From a bacterium (GTDB lineage: Bacteria; UBA8248), in contig CBDCRP010000003.1 of NCBI GenBank assembly GCA_965221165.1, forward strand, positions 576,001 through 640,000: DNA of 64,000 nt, in the 5' to 3' direction. The notes below the pieces were generated by a model. The model searched no databases. It saw only the letters and a program-made list of their open reading frames with translations, and was not told the DNA's origin. Both the position numbers and the translations under genes were made by a program. Below, piece by piece: positions 46,233 through 56,049 of this stretch (its first letter is position 1; each line of letters begins with the position of its first letter).

Positions 46233-46584
46233 GGCGTTCCCGGACTTATTGTCTTGTGTAGGCCTCTTAACCGTCTCTGCTGCGATTTTTGCTCCAGCCT
46301 AATATTGGTTCAATCCTTTCAGCCTCTTTTCTTCTTCGTCCCTAAGCTCTCTGCGTCCCATGAACATCAGCTATGGCCACTATACATCCTGTAATCATCT
46401 CGCTTGAGTTGAATACTGCCATTGTCTCGATTCCACTCATCCTGTCTGCATCCAGCATTCCAGCGCCCCGCCGTCACGAACTCCGTCTCTCCGGGCGGGA
46501 CGATATAGACGAAGCACTCGCCCTCAGAAGTCATTGTCGAGTCTGCTTCGGCGCAGCTAACATAAGTGAAAACTCAAGCGAACA

Positions 46585-47181
46585 TCAATTTCGCCTGTGA
46601 ACCTCTCGCACTGCATTGGCGAGTTCGTGATAGGGGACGGGCGAAACGAGTTTTTCCAGAGCGGACAACGAGATCGATTTGCGGTCATCAAGCTTTTGGG
46701 TGGATAGCGCGTAGAACTTCCACTGATCGAGGTCGAGTGGTTCAATCGGCATTTCCCGTTGCGCAAAGAGCGCGAACACGTAGACATCGGCGCGGCGCTT
46801 AGGCTCGGAGAGAAAGCGGCCGCTTTCAGAATCCCATTCGCCCGTCTTGGGCGTTCCGAAGCTGATCCGTGAGAGGCGAGACTGCTTCCAACTCTGGACA
46901 TACGCCGCGGATTTGACCTCTATCTTTATCCCATCCGGCGTTTCGAGGTCGAACGGCGCCCACTCGTCGCGAATTTCTTCACCAATCGGTATCTTTAGGG
47001 CGCGGGCCACGATGTATTCCGCCAAAACCCCTCGGGCGGTGTTACCGACCAAATCAGAGGTCGACCATCGCCAATAATCGAGTAGGCTGAAATCAAGAGT
47101 AGCCCCGTGCGCATGAAAATGCTCGGAGCCGTGTTTCTTCACAATGTCGAGTTTTTCTAACGGATCCGACATGAATGCCAC
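46585..47181 (-). CDS. PD-(D/E)XK nuclease-like hypothetical protein
   Basis: RGVLAEYIVA, FDL...IEVKS, ADVYVF. Confidence 0.7.
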   Translation of the reverse strand: MAFMSDPLEKLDIVKKHGSEHFHAHGATLDFSLLDYWRWSTSDLVGNTARGVLAEYIVARALKIPIGEEIRDEWAPFDLETPDGIKIEVKSAAYVQSWKQSRLSRISFGTPKTGEWDSESGRFLSEPKRRADVYVFALFAQREMPIEPLDLDQWKFYALSTQKLDDRKSISLSALEKLVSPVPYHELANAVREVHRRN

Positions 47182-47207
47182 CGCAACAGAGGCAAGTTTA
47201 CTCCCCC

Positions 47208-47798
47208 CTACCTCTTCAACTCGCGCGCCTCTCTCTCCCCACTCGCGCCGCCCGCCCCGTCCTCGAATTTTTCCTTCACCGCGCCGAGATTCTCCTTGAC
47301 GGCGTTTAGGTTCTCCTCGATATCCACGAGGTCGAACTTTTGGATATAGGCGCTTACCTGCCGCATGTAGGGCAGGATTTTGTCGGTCCCTCCGCTATCG
47401 ATCGGATAACCGGGCGCGTAGGCCTCCATCCCCGCCAATATGAGGCCGACGAAGAACGCGCCCTTGGCGCACCCGATGATGCCGCCGCCGAGCCTCGAGA
47501 ACCATTCGGGCGTGGCTATCGACAAGACGCCGAACATCATGCGGAAAAACAAGGCGGCGAGCACCCATGAGCCGAAGAAAAGCATCGGTTTGGTGAGCGA
47601 ATCGAGCCAGTCCGCTTCACCGAGGAAATAGGAGGCGTAAGAGAGCGCGAGGTCGCTGAACTGCATCGTGAGGAGAACGGCGATTCCGAGCGCGACCACG
47701 GAGAATGTTTCGCGGAAAAAACCGCGCACGCAACCACGAATGAGGAACCCACCGACTACGATGGCGATGGCGATATCGGGCATGGTGAAGGAAATCAT
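47208..47798 (-). CDS. cvpA: CvpA family membrane protein
   Basis: D...IRGCVRGFFRE.FS, SRLGGGIIGCAKG, four TM. Confidence 0.8.
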   Translation of the reverse strand: MISFTMPDIAIAIVVGGFLIRGCVRGFFRETFSVVALGIAVLLTMQFSDLALSYASYFLGEADWLDSLTKPMLFFGSWVLAALFFRMMFGVLSIATPEWFSRLGGGIIGCAKGAFFVGLILAGMEAYAPGYPIDSGGTDKILPYMRQVSAYIQKFDLVDIEENLNAVKENLGAVKEKFEDGAGGASGEREARELKR

Positions 47799-47909
47799 GA
47801 AAAATCCAGAGTCTTTGTGGGCGAGCACTTGGCTGGAATCAGCCTGAAGCGCGGCTAATGTAACAAATTACAATGTGTTTGTCATTATATTTGTCATTTC
47901 AGAGGCGTT

Positions 47910-48383
47910 TCAAATTTTTTCCTTCCACATCACGAGGGCGTCTTCCTGATTATCCGGGTAATAGCGCGGGCGCATGGCCGCCGCCGTGAACCCCCATTTT
48001 TCATACAAGGCGATGGCGGCGGCGTTGCCCAGGCGCACCTCGAGCGTGGCGCGGACGAGATCCTTGGCCCTCGCGTCCTCGATAATTTTTTCGAGCAGGA
48101 AATCGCCCACCCCCCTGCGCCTGTGCTCAGGCGAAACCGCAAAATTCGTGATGTGGCACTCATCCACCACCTCCCACCAGCAGGCGTAGCCCATGACGCA
48201 GGCCACTGAGGGTTCAGACTCAACCGGGCCCTCTCCATCCCCCGTCACGACCGGGAGGTGGGAATTATCGATTTCGCGTATCTCTCTTAAAAAACTCTCC
48301 CTGGGCCACGGAAGCGGGAAGGAGCGCCGCTCGATAGCGAGCACCGCATCTACGTCTTCGACCTGCATGGGCCTTATCTTCAC
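47910..48383 (-). CDS. rimI: Ribosomal protein S18 alanine N-acetyltransferase
   Basis: IERRSFPLPW, HITNFAV, RRRGVG, LEVR.GN..AIALY, RPRYY..NQEDALVM. Confidence 0.9.
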   Translation of the reverse strand: MKIRPMQVEDVDAVLAIERRSFPLPWPRESFLREIREIDNSHLPVVTGDGEGPVESEPSVACVMGYACWWEVVDECHITNFAVSPEHRRRGVGDFLLEKIIEDARAKDLVRATLEVRLGNAAAIALYEKWGFTAAAMRPRYYPDNQEDALVMWKEKI

Positions 48384-48583
48384 GGCTTCCCTTCCCTCAT
48401 GCGCACCCGAAAACCCGGAACGAAGCGAAATCCCCGCAAACTCTTTCGCCAGGAAATTTTCGGGACTATAATGCGCCGACTACGAACATCCGATTCTTCT
48501 AACATTTGAACACAAACCGACGCCGCAAACGAAGCCCGGTTGCGGCCGATTCGAAAACCCGAAAACCGATACGGAGGATTATC

Positions 48584-49294
48584 ATGGGCGCGACTCTCAC
48601 ATATCTCGGACATTCCACTTTCGTCGGGCAATCGGACGGTGGCCAGACGTTCTACATCGACCCCTGGCTCGATGGAAACCCGCGCTGCCCCGAGGATCAG
48701 CAAAGCGCGAAAAAGGCGGACTTGATCGCCCTCACCCACGGCCACTTCGACCACATCGCCGCCGTCATGGACGTGTACGGCCAGGGCGGATGCCCGGTGG
48801 CGGGCCCCTATGAACTGGTGAACCTGATCGCACAGTCCGAGGGTTTTGCGGAAGAACACGCGGGCGCGATGGGCAAGGGGGGAACGGTGGATTTCGGCGG
48901 CATCGGCGTCACGCTCACCCACGCCATGCACAGCTCCAGCTTCAACGACCCGGGCGTCTACGCCGGAGAACCCGCGGGCCTCATCCTGACCTTCGAGGAC
49001 GGAAAACGAGTCTACCACGCGGGCGATACCGCCGTTTTCGGCGACATGAAGATCATCGGCGACCTGTATCAGCCGGATCTCTGCCTCCTGCCCATCGGCA
49101 GCCGGTTCACGATGGACCCGCGCGAGGCGGCCCTCGCCGTCGAGCTTCTGGGCGCCGGCCGGGTCGTGCCCATCCACCACTCGACCTTCCCGCCGCTCAC
49201 GGGTACGCCCGAGCAATTCGCAGAAGAAGTGGCGGCGCGCGGGCTCTCGCCCGAAATCACCGTGATGGAGCCGGGAGAATCCATCAGCGTATAA
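48584..49294 (+). CDS. UPF0173-type MBL-fold metal-dependent hydrolase
   Basis: YLGHS, IDPW, THGHFDH, YHAGDT, LPIG..FTM, PIH. Confidence 0.9.
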   Translation: MGATLTYLGHSTFVGQSDGGQTFYIDPWLDGNPRCPEDQQSAKKADLIALTHGHFDHIAAVMDVYGQGGCPVAGPYELVNLIAQSEGFAEEHAGAMGKGGTVDFGGIGVTLTHAMHSSSFNDPGVYAGEPAGLILTFEDGKRVYHAGDTAVFGDMKIIGDLYQPDLCLLPIGSRFTMDPREAALAVELLGAGRVVPIHHSTFPPLTGTPEQFAEEVAARGLSPEITVMEPGESISV

Positions 49295-49360
49295 GCGCAC
49301 CCGTATAGCGAAAACCAAAAGGATGAATTTCTTTTTTCAAGCCAATGAAAGGAACCACGC

Positions 49361-51130
49361 ATGAGTGAGGCCCCCCAAGTAAACACACGCACCGAGGATC
49401 GCGACGGAATGCGAATCACCTGGCACCAGCCCATCGAGATGGACGACGGCCTCGTGCTTCGCGCCGACGTGTTCCGGCCCACCCAAGAGGGGAAATACCC
49501 CGTCATCTTGACCTACGGCATTTACGCCAAGGGGGTGGCCTACCAGGAGGGCTATCACCACCAGTGGAACAAGATGGTGGCGGATTATCCCGAAATCCTG
49601 GAGATGTCCACCAACAAATACCAGAACTGGGAGGTGACGGACCCCGAATGCTGGATTCCGCACGGCTACGTCTGCATTCGCGTGGACTCGCGCGGGGCGG
49701 GCTGGACGCCCGGCTTCATGCAGCCCAACTCGCCTCGGGAAATAGACGACCTCTACGAGTGCATCGAATGGGCGGGCGGGCAGGAGTGGAGCAACGGCAA
49801 GGTGGGGATGCTGGGCATCTCCTACTACGCGCGCAACCAGTGGCGCATCGCGGGCCGAAAGCCCCCCCACCTCACCGCCATCATCCCCTGGGAGGGCGGG
49901 AACGACAATTATCGCGATTCGGGCTATCACGGGGGAATCCTGAGCCAGTTCGCCGAGCAGTGGTCGAAAATCCAGGTGATGAACGTCCAGTACGGACGCG
50001 GGGAGAACGCGCGGAAACACCCCGTGACGGGAGAATCCACCGCCGGGCCCATTACGCTCACAGACGAGCAACTCGCGCAAAACCGCATCAACGCCTTCGT
50101 AGAGCTCAAAAAACACCCCTTCGACGACCAGTGGCACCGCGATCGCTCCGGAGACCTCTCGAAAGTCACGCTGCCGCTTCTCACCTGCGCCAACTGGGGC
50201 GGACAGGGCATCCACCCGCGCGGGAATTTCAACGGCTACATCGAAACGCCCTCCGAGCAGAAGTGGCTCGAAGCGCACGGGGATTCCCACTGGTCGCTGT
50301 TTTCGAGCGCCTACGGCCTGGACTTACAGAAGCGCTTCTTCGATTATTTCCTGAAAGGAATCGACAACGGCTGGGAGGAGACCCCGCGCGTGGCGCTCAA
50401 CGTCCGCCACCCGGGGCCGAAATTCGTCCATCGCTACGAGAACGAGTGGCCGCTGGCGCGCACGCAGTGGACGAAGTTCTATCTCGATCTCGAGAACAAG
50501 TCGCTCGGCAAAGAGCCCGTCGGGGGAGAAGCAAGCCTCGAATACGACGGCATGGGTGAGGGCGTGACGTTCTGGATGCCCTCGATGGAAGAGGATACCG
50601 AAATCACGGGACCCATGGCGTCCAAACTCTTCGTCTCCTCATCCACCGAAAACGCCGATTTGTTCATCATCGTCCGCGTGTTCGATCCCGAGGGTAAGGA
50701 ACTCACCTTCATGGGCTCCACAGACCCGCACACGCCGATAGCGAACGGCTGGCTGCGCGTCTCGCACCGAGCGCTTGATCCGGAAAAGAGCAGTTTCTAC
50801 CGGCCCTATCATCCACACGATAAGGCGGAGCCGCTCACGCCCGGCGAAGTGTATGAGTGCGACATGGAGATCGTCACCTCGTGCATCGTCGTGCCCGCCG
50901 GCTGGCGGGTGGCGTTCACCGTGCGCGGGAAGGACTATGAATACACGGGCGAGCTCAGCGAGTTCGGAAAACAGTTCCACTACTCCACGAAAGGAACGGG
51001 CGGCATGACGCACAATGACCCCGACGACCGCCCGGCGGCGATTTTCGACAACAAGGTGACCTTACACGCCGGCGGCGGACGCGACCCCTATCTACTCCTG
51101 CCCATCATCCCGCCGAAAGAAGGGGTGTAG
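49361..51130 (+). CDS. CocE/NonD family serine hydrolase
   Basis: LRADVFRP, DSRG, WSNGKVGMLGISY, EWPLART, GWLRVSHR. Confidence 0.9.
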   Translation: MSEAPQVNTRTEDRDGMRITWHQPIEMDDGLVLRADVFRPTQEGKYPVILTYGIYAKGVAYQEGYHHQWNKMVADYPEILEMSTNKYQNWEVTDPECWIPHGYVCIRVDSRGAGWTPGFMQPNSPREIDDLYECIEWAGGQEWSNGKVGMLGISYYARNQWRIAGRKPPHLTAIIPWEGGNDNYRDSGYHGGILSQFAEQWSKIQVMNVQYGRGENARKHPVTGESTAGPITLTDEQLAQNRINAFVELKKHPFDDQWHRDRSGDLSKVTLPLLTCANWGGQGIHPRGNFNGYIETPSEQKWLEAHGDSHWSLFSSAYGLDLQKRFFDYFLKGIDNGWEETPRVALNVRHPGPKFVHRYENEWPLARTQWTKFYLDLENKSLGKEPVGGEASLEYDGMGEGVTFWMPSMEEDTEITGPMASKLFVSSSTENADLFIIVRVFDPEGKELTFMGSTDPHTPIANGWLRVSHRALDPEKSSFYRPYHPHDKAEPLTPGEVYECDMEIVTSCIVVPAGWRVAFTVRGKDYEYTGELSEFGKQFHYSTKGTGGMTHNDPDDRPAAIFDNKVTLHAGGGRDPYLLLPIIPPKEGV

Positions 51131-51213
51131 GCGAAGCGAGTAAGAGCTCTACTTTTGGTTGAAGCGTAACAAATTGATGCTCCTCCTCCTGAAGGGAGGG
51201 GGAAGTATCAATA

Positions 51214-51984
51214 TCACCCCGCCGCGGCGCGGCCGCCGTCCACCACGATGTGCTGTCCGGTGAGGTAATCGGACGCACCGGAGCATAAGAACAGCGCGGC
51301 ACCGGCGACGTCCTCAGGACTTCCTGCGCGTCCCGCAGGCGTGCGCGCGAAGACTTCCGCCATCTTCTCGGGGTTGGCGAACAGGCCTCCCGTCATCGGC
51401 GTTTTGGTGAGTTGCGGCCCCAAGGCGTTCACCTGGATGCCGTGCTGCGCCCACTCGATCGCCAGCGCGCGCGTCAAGGAGACGACCGCGCCCTTGGTGG
51501 CGACGTAGGCGGACTGGTTCGGTACCGCGCGCTCGGCCACCATGGAGGTGAGGAAAACGATTTTTCCGCCGCCGCCCTGGGCGACCATCGCCCCGGCGGC
51601 TTCTTGCGCGCAGAGAAACGCGCCGCGCACGTTCGACTTCAGGAGCGCGTCCAGGTCGTCCGGCGTGTGATCGAGGGCGGGTTTCACGATGTTCATCGCA
51701 GCGCTGTTCACCAGGGCGTGCAACCCTCCGTGGCGGGAGACGACCTCTTTCACGAGAGCGGAAACCGAGCCGGCGTCCGCGATGTCGCAAGGGTGGAAAT
51801 CCGCGTTAAGACCATCCGCGCGAAAGGCCGAGAGCGCCTCATCCCCGCGCTCGGCCGAGCGGCCCGAGAGCACCACGCGCGCCCCTGCGCCCGCAAGCGC
51901 CTTCGCGATCGCCAGACCGATGCCCGACGTGCCCCCCGTGACGAGCGCGACGCTGCCGTCCATCCTGAATTGCTCCATCATCAC
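51214..51984 (-). CDS. SDR family oxidoreductase
   Basis: TGGTSGIG, YVATK, EWAQHGIQVN, VDGG. Confidence 0.92.
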   Translation of the reverse strand: MMMEQFRMDGSVALVTGGTSGIGLAIAKALAGAGARVVLSGRSAERGDEALSAFRADGLNADFHPCDIADAGSVSALVKEVVSRHGGLHALVNSAAMNIVKPALDHTPDDLDALLKSNVRGAFLCAQEAAGAMVAQGGGGKIVFLTSMVAERAVPNQSAYVATKGAVVSLTRALAIEWAQHGIQVNALGPQLTKTPMTGGLFANPEKMAEVFARTPAGRAGSPEDVAGAALFLCSGASDYLTGQHIVVDGGRAAAG

Positions 51985-52006
51985 TTCACCTCCGAAAAAT
52001 CGAGAA

Positions 52007-52816
52007 TCACAGGCGCGCCCTTAGATATTCCATCGTCTTCGTCGCCGCCGTCTTGAAATCGGGCTTCTGGGCGAGTTGGGCCGAGAGATAGCCCGTATAG
52101 CCCACCTCTTTTAGCGCGGCGATGATCTCACCAAAGGGAATATGGCCCGAACCCGGGTAGGTGCGCGTGTTGTCGGCGATGTGAAAATAATCGATTCGCG
52201 CCCCCGCCTCGCGAATCGAGCCCGCGAAGGAGGCGTCCTCGATGTTCATGTGAAAGCTGTCGATCAGAAAACCCACCGCCTCGTGGTTCATCGCATCCAG
52301 AAACGCGAGTCCATCTTGTGTCGAGCGCACGAAGTTCGTGTTGAAGCGGTGGTGCGGCTCGAAGAGCATGCGTATGCCGCGCTCCCCTGCCCTGTCGGCG
52401 CCCGCCCTCAGAGAATCCCACATCCAGGCTTCGGACTCCCCTCTCCGCTCGTCCTCCAAGAGATTCCCCCGGAAGCGGCCGATGTTCACCGGACAGCCCA
52501 ACTCGCCCGCGAAATCGATGTGGGCGAACAGCCGCTCCAGAGCCTGTACGCGCGTCTCCGCCTCGGGGTGGCAAAGTTCAATCTCGTCCTGATAGGAGAT
52601 GGGCGCGGTGCCGATGAGAGAAACTTCCAAGCCCGATTCATCGAGCGTGCGGCGCAGTTCGTCCTTATCGAAAGCGGCGGTGTCGCGAACCGCGAGTTCC
52701 ACGCCGTCAAAGCCTAAATCTTTCAGGAACATGAGATTGTCCCGGAACGCGCCGCGCACCGCGGGCATCAGCGGCGTCGTCACGTCGGGCGTTGCGACCA
52801 CGTAACCGATTTTCAT
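52007..52816 (-). CDS. Sugar phosphate isomerase/epimerase (IolO-like TIM barrel)
   Basis: GFDGVELAVRD, FEPHHRF, DSFHMNIE, HIAD.TR.YPG.GH. Confidence 0.82.
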   Translation of the reverse strand: MKIGYVVATPDVTTPLMPAVRGAFRDNLMFLKDLGFDGVELAVRDTAAFDKDELRRTLDESGLEVSLIGTAPISYQDEIELCHPEAETRVQALERLFAHIDFAGELGCPVNIGRFRGNLLEDERRGESEAWMWDSLRAGADRAGERGIRMLFEPHHRFNTNFVRSTQDGLAFLDAMNHEAVGFLIDSFHMNIEDASFAGSIREAGARIDYFHIADNTRTYPGSGHIPFGEIIAALKEVGYTGYLSAQLAQKPDFKTAATKTMEYLRARL

Positions 52817-53047
52817 TCTGCCCTGCTCCTTTCAGCCAATCGTTTCATCAAAATTCCATCGGTACCGATACCAGGAAAACAAATCACTTCATCTGCTGCG
52901 GCGACACGGGAGAATAACCCGCCCGCTCCCTATTTTCATAGGCCGCCCGGGTGTTTGGGGAAAATGGCCGCCCCATGTCCCCGCCCCTTCGAGACCCATA
53001 GGCGGATAGGGAGGACTATCCCGAAACCCCGTTGATGATTTTTTTGA

Positions 53048-53785
53048 TTACACCCCGAACAATCTTCTCGCCGTGCCGCCCAGAATTTTCTCCTCATCCG
53101 CAGCGGGCAAGCCCAGGCTCTCGACCTGCGATACGACCGCCGCAGGCTCGTGCTCCGGCCACCAGGAGCCGATGAGCAGCCTATCGGCGCCGACTTCGGT
53201 CACCGCGCGCCGCATCCAGCTTGTGGGCGCTACGCCGATCTCCAGAACGAGGTTCTCACACTCCGCCATCGCCGCGAGATAATCGGGCCAAAAGGCCCAC
53301 GTCCAGCAGCGGCTCATCAGCACGGGCCGCCCGGGCAGGGCGTCGGCCACGATGCAATCGCTATACACCGCGCCGCCCAGGGTGGGCATGTGGCCTTCGT
53401 GCTCGATGGCGAACAGGATGCCGCGATCCGCGCACCTTTGCGCGACGGGCACGTAGAAGCGCTCTATCAATCCCGTGCCCGGCGTGAAGCCCCAGGAGGT
53501 GAATAGTTTCACGCCCGACAAGCCGAGTTCGGCGACATGATCCGCCTCGTCCGGGCCGTCGTAGTGGTTCAGCGCGCCCCATCCGGCGAGCCGATCCGGA
53601 TGCGCGCGGCAGGCCGCAGCGACCGCCTCGTTCGCCTCACTCCAGTTGAATTTCTGGGTGGCCTCGAAGGGCTGAAGCGCCGCGCGTTCGACGCCGGCCC
53701 CATCCATCGCCTTTAATATCTCAGCGACCGAGTGGCCCTGCTCGAGATGGGGATGCTTTAAGCACACCGCCGTGTCGAAAATCAT
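53048..53785 (-). CDS. Amidohydrolase-fold protein lacking canonical metal ligands
   Basis: Collinear with the neighbour, but DTAVC replaces DHHAH, MSRCW replaces LGHIG and GSWWP replaces GSDSP. Confidence 0.7.
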   Translation of the reverse strand: MIFDTAVCLKHPHLEQGHSVAEILKAMDGAGVERAALQPFEATQKFNWSEANEAVAAACRAHPDRLAGWGALNHYDGPDEADHVAELGLSGVKLFTSWGFTPGTGLIERFYVPVAQRCADRGILFAIEHEGHMPTLGGAVYSDCIVADALPGRPVLMSRCWTWAFWPDYLAAMAECENLVLEIGVAPTSWMRRAVTEVGADRLLIGSWWPEHEPAAVVSQVESLGLPAADEEKILGGTARRLFGV

Positions 53786-54543
53786 GCCGCCTCCCCGTCC
53801 AGGCCCAGCAGACGCTCGATGTTGCCGCCCAGAATCAAATCCTTCTCCTCTCGCGTGAGGTCCAGGGTTTCGATCAGGCCCTTACAGGCGATGGGGTGGC
53901 TCGTGGGGCTGTCCGAGCCGAACAACAGGCGCTCCGGCCCCACCGCCGCCAGCGCGTTTCTGAGCGGCCCGCCGTGGTTCATCGAGGTGTCCACCCAAAT
54001 GTTCGGGTATTTTCGGGCGACGTAGCAGGCGTCGGCGAACATGGCATGGCCGATGTGGCCCAGGATGATGTCCACGTCGGGAAACGCGCGCGCCAGATCG
54101 GCGCAGAGAATCGGGCCGCTGTGCGGCGCATGGCCCGTGTGGATGAAGATGGGGACCTTCAACTCCCGGCATTTTTCCATGACGGGATAGACGTATTCGC
54201 GGCTGTTCGCGGGATGAGAGTCCGACACCGGGTGGAGCTTCAAGCCCAGGTGGCCCATTTCGCGCACCGCCTCGTCACAGTGGCGCAGACACGCATCGAT
54301 TCCGTAGAGCGGGGGATGGAGATAGGCGAAGCACATGAGCCTGTCCGCGTGGCGCTTACAAATCTCGGCGGCCTCGCGGTTTCCGAGGCGGTAATCGCCG
54401 CCGTAAAGAGAAGCCAGATCGATCACGATGCTCTTGTCCACACCCGCCTCGTCCATCGCGCGCAAGACTTCCTCGGCCCCCGTCTTGTGGCGATGGCCGT
54501 AGTTGAGGGCGAGGTGCGCGTGATGATCGATAATCGCAGGCAT
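53782..54543 (-). CDS. Amidohydrolase family protein
   Basis: IDHHAH, GLKLHP, IHTG, LGHIG, FGSDSP. Confidence 0.9.
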   Translation of the reverse strand: MPAIIDHHAHLALNYGHRHKTGAEEVLRAMDEAGVDKSIVIDLASLYGGDYRLGNREAAEICKRHADRLMCFAYLHPPLYGIDACLRHCDEAVREMGHLGLKLHPVSDSHPANSREYVYPVMEKCRELKVPIFIHTGHAPHSGPILCADLARAFPDVDIILGHIGHAMFADACYVARKYPNIWVDTSMNHGGPLRNALAAVGPERLLFGSDSPTSHPIACKGLIETLDLTREEKDLILGGNIERLLGLDGEAA

Positions 54544-54699
54544 GAACGCCTCAGCAAAGATGAAAAACCATTGCGTGGACGGCGAATACTATAGCCGCAA
54601 CTTCGGGTGGAGGAAAAGCGGAAGTTCCGTTGCCCGAACGCCGGTGATTCTGTAGCCTTAGGGCCGTCTGATTCCACACAAAACCCGGAGAGCACGTAC

Positions 54700-55647
54700 A
54701 TGAGAGAAGACCAGAGGCTGCTGCACGGCGCAATCGACACCCACATCCACGCATCGCCCAGCCTGTTCCCGCGCGTTTGCGACCACATCGAGTGCGCGCG
54801 CGGGGCGGCTTCGGCGGGGATGCGCGGCGTGGTTTTCAAGATCCACCACGGGGACACGTCGGGCCGCATCCCCATCGTGCGCGAGGTGATGGGCGACGCC
54901 ATCGAGATTTACGGGGGTATCACGCTCAACAGCCCGGTGGGCGGGTTCAACCCCTTTGCGGTGGACACCGCCATCAAGATGGGGGCGAAGATGGTGTGGA
55001 TGCCCACCATCAACGCGCTGAACCATCTCGAAAAGCTGGGCGCGCCGCACTTTCCGGGCATGAAGCAGGTACAAGGCGTGAAACTCGAAGAAAAGGGCCT
55101 GACCATCTTCTCCGACAAGAGGCGAACGAAGATACACCCGGAAGTCAGAACCATCTGCAAGCTCATCGCCGATGCGGGAATCTGCCTGAGCACGGGGCAT
55201 CTGAGCGTGGATGAGGTGCGCGCCTTGATCCCCCTAGCGAAAGAAGAGGGGGTCAAGCACATCATCGTGCAGCACCCCGAATACATCGTGGACGCATCCA
55301 TTGAGGAGCAGGTGGAGTTCGCTAAAATGGGAGCGTACATCGAGCATCTGGCGATCTTCTGCTTCACCCACTGGGGCGCGTACCCCACGGATAAGAGCGC
55401 CCCGCCCATCTCCGTAAAGGAGCAGGCGAAGATGGTGAAGGCCGTAGGACCCGCGCGCACGATTCTATCCACGGACCTGGGCCAACTCCACAACGCGCCC
55501 CCCTGGGAGGGTCTGCGCGTGTTCGTTCAACTCATGCTGGAAAACGGCATCAAGCCACGGGAGATCGAAACGATGCTGCACAAAAACCCGGCCCGGGTGC
55601 TCGGCCTGCCCCTGAAAGTGCCGAAGAGAGAGGCTGAATCCGTTTAG
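54700..55647 (+). CDS. DUF6282-like amidohydrolase-fold protein
   Basis: GAIDTHIHASP, KIHH, GGITLN.PVGG.NP.AV, VWMPT, TGH, STDLGQ. Confidence 0.8.
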   Translation: MREDQRLLHGAIDTHIHASPSLFPRVCDHIECARGAASAGMRGVVFKIHHGDTSGRIPIVREVMGDAIEIYGGITLNSPVGGFNPFAVDTAIKMGAKMVWMPTINALNHLEKLGAPHFPGMKQVQGVKLEEKGLTIFSDKRRTKIHPEVRTICKLIADAGICLSTGHLSVDEVRALIPLAKEEGVKHIIVQHPEYIVDASIEEQVEFAKMGAYIEHLAIFCFTHWGAYPTDKSAPPISVKEQAKMVKAVGPARTILSTDLGQLHNAPPWEGLRVFVQLMLENGIKPREIETMLHKNPARVLGLPLKVPKREAESV

Positions 55648-55654
55648 AAATTGT

Positions 55655-55830
55655 GTGGGGGCGGTTCGCGAACCGCCCGACTCTCTCGAAGGTCAAACCC
55701 AATTGAAGAAGGGGGTGTGGTTTTGTAGGGTCAGACATATATGTCTGCCACCTGCGTGTTCTCCCGAAACCGCGCCGAGGTAAACGGGCGGGCATAACGG
55801 AGACGGGCGGACACACAGGTCCGCCCCTAC
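55655..55830. repeat. GTAG/GTGG-type REP-like palindromes
   Basis: GTGGGGGCGGTTCGCGAACCGCCC (55655); GTAGGGTCAGACATATATGTCTGCC (55725) facing inverted GGGCGGACACACAGGTCCGCCCCTAC (55805-55830). Confidence 0.75.
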
Positions 55831-55862
55831 GGGAGCAAATACGAAAGGTGACGGTTTTTGAT

Positions 55863-56032
55863 CGTCATTCCGGCGGATGCCGGAATCCAGAACCGAAGAG
55901 GGTGAAGACATTACAGCATTTCATTCCCTCTCCGGCTGGCGGGAACGCAGGCAAAAAAGAAAAGACAAAAGATAAATTCTTTGGATTCCGCATTTCCTCC
56001 CTCCTTGGTCGGAAATGACACCGGAATGACGG
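55863..56032. repeat. Second, degraded copy of the GTCATTCCGGC...GGAATCCA palindromic element
   Basis: CGTCATTCCGGCGGATGCCGGAATCCA (55863) and a split right arm TGGATTCCG...CCGGAATGACG (55982-56031). Confidence 0.75.
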
Positions 56033-56049
56033 ATACTGAAGCTTGGGTC

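Noticed and set aside
46233-46440. TAG readthrough or recoding extending the HEPN gene
   Set aside because: Further in-frame TAGs at 46373 and 46382, and many genes in the window end at TAG; decay or non-coding purine-rich DNA is simpler
32046-56032. Palindromic repeats as a CRISPR array or integron attC sites
   Set aside because: No regular repeat-spacer period, no cas or integrase gene, and no attC consensus ends
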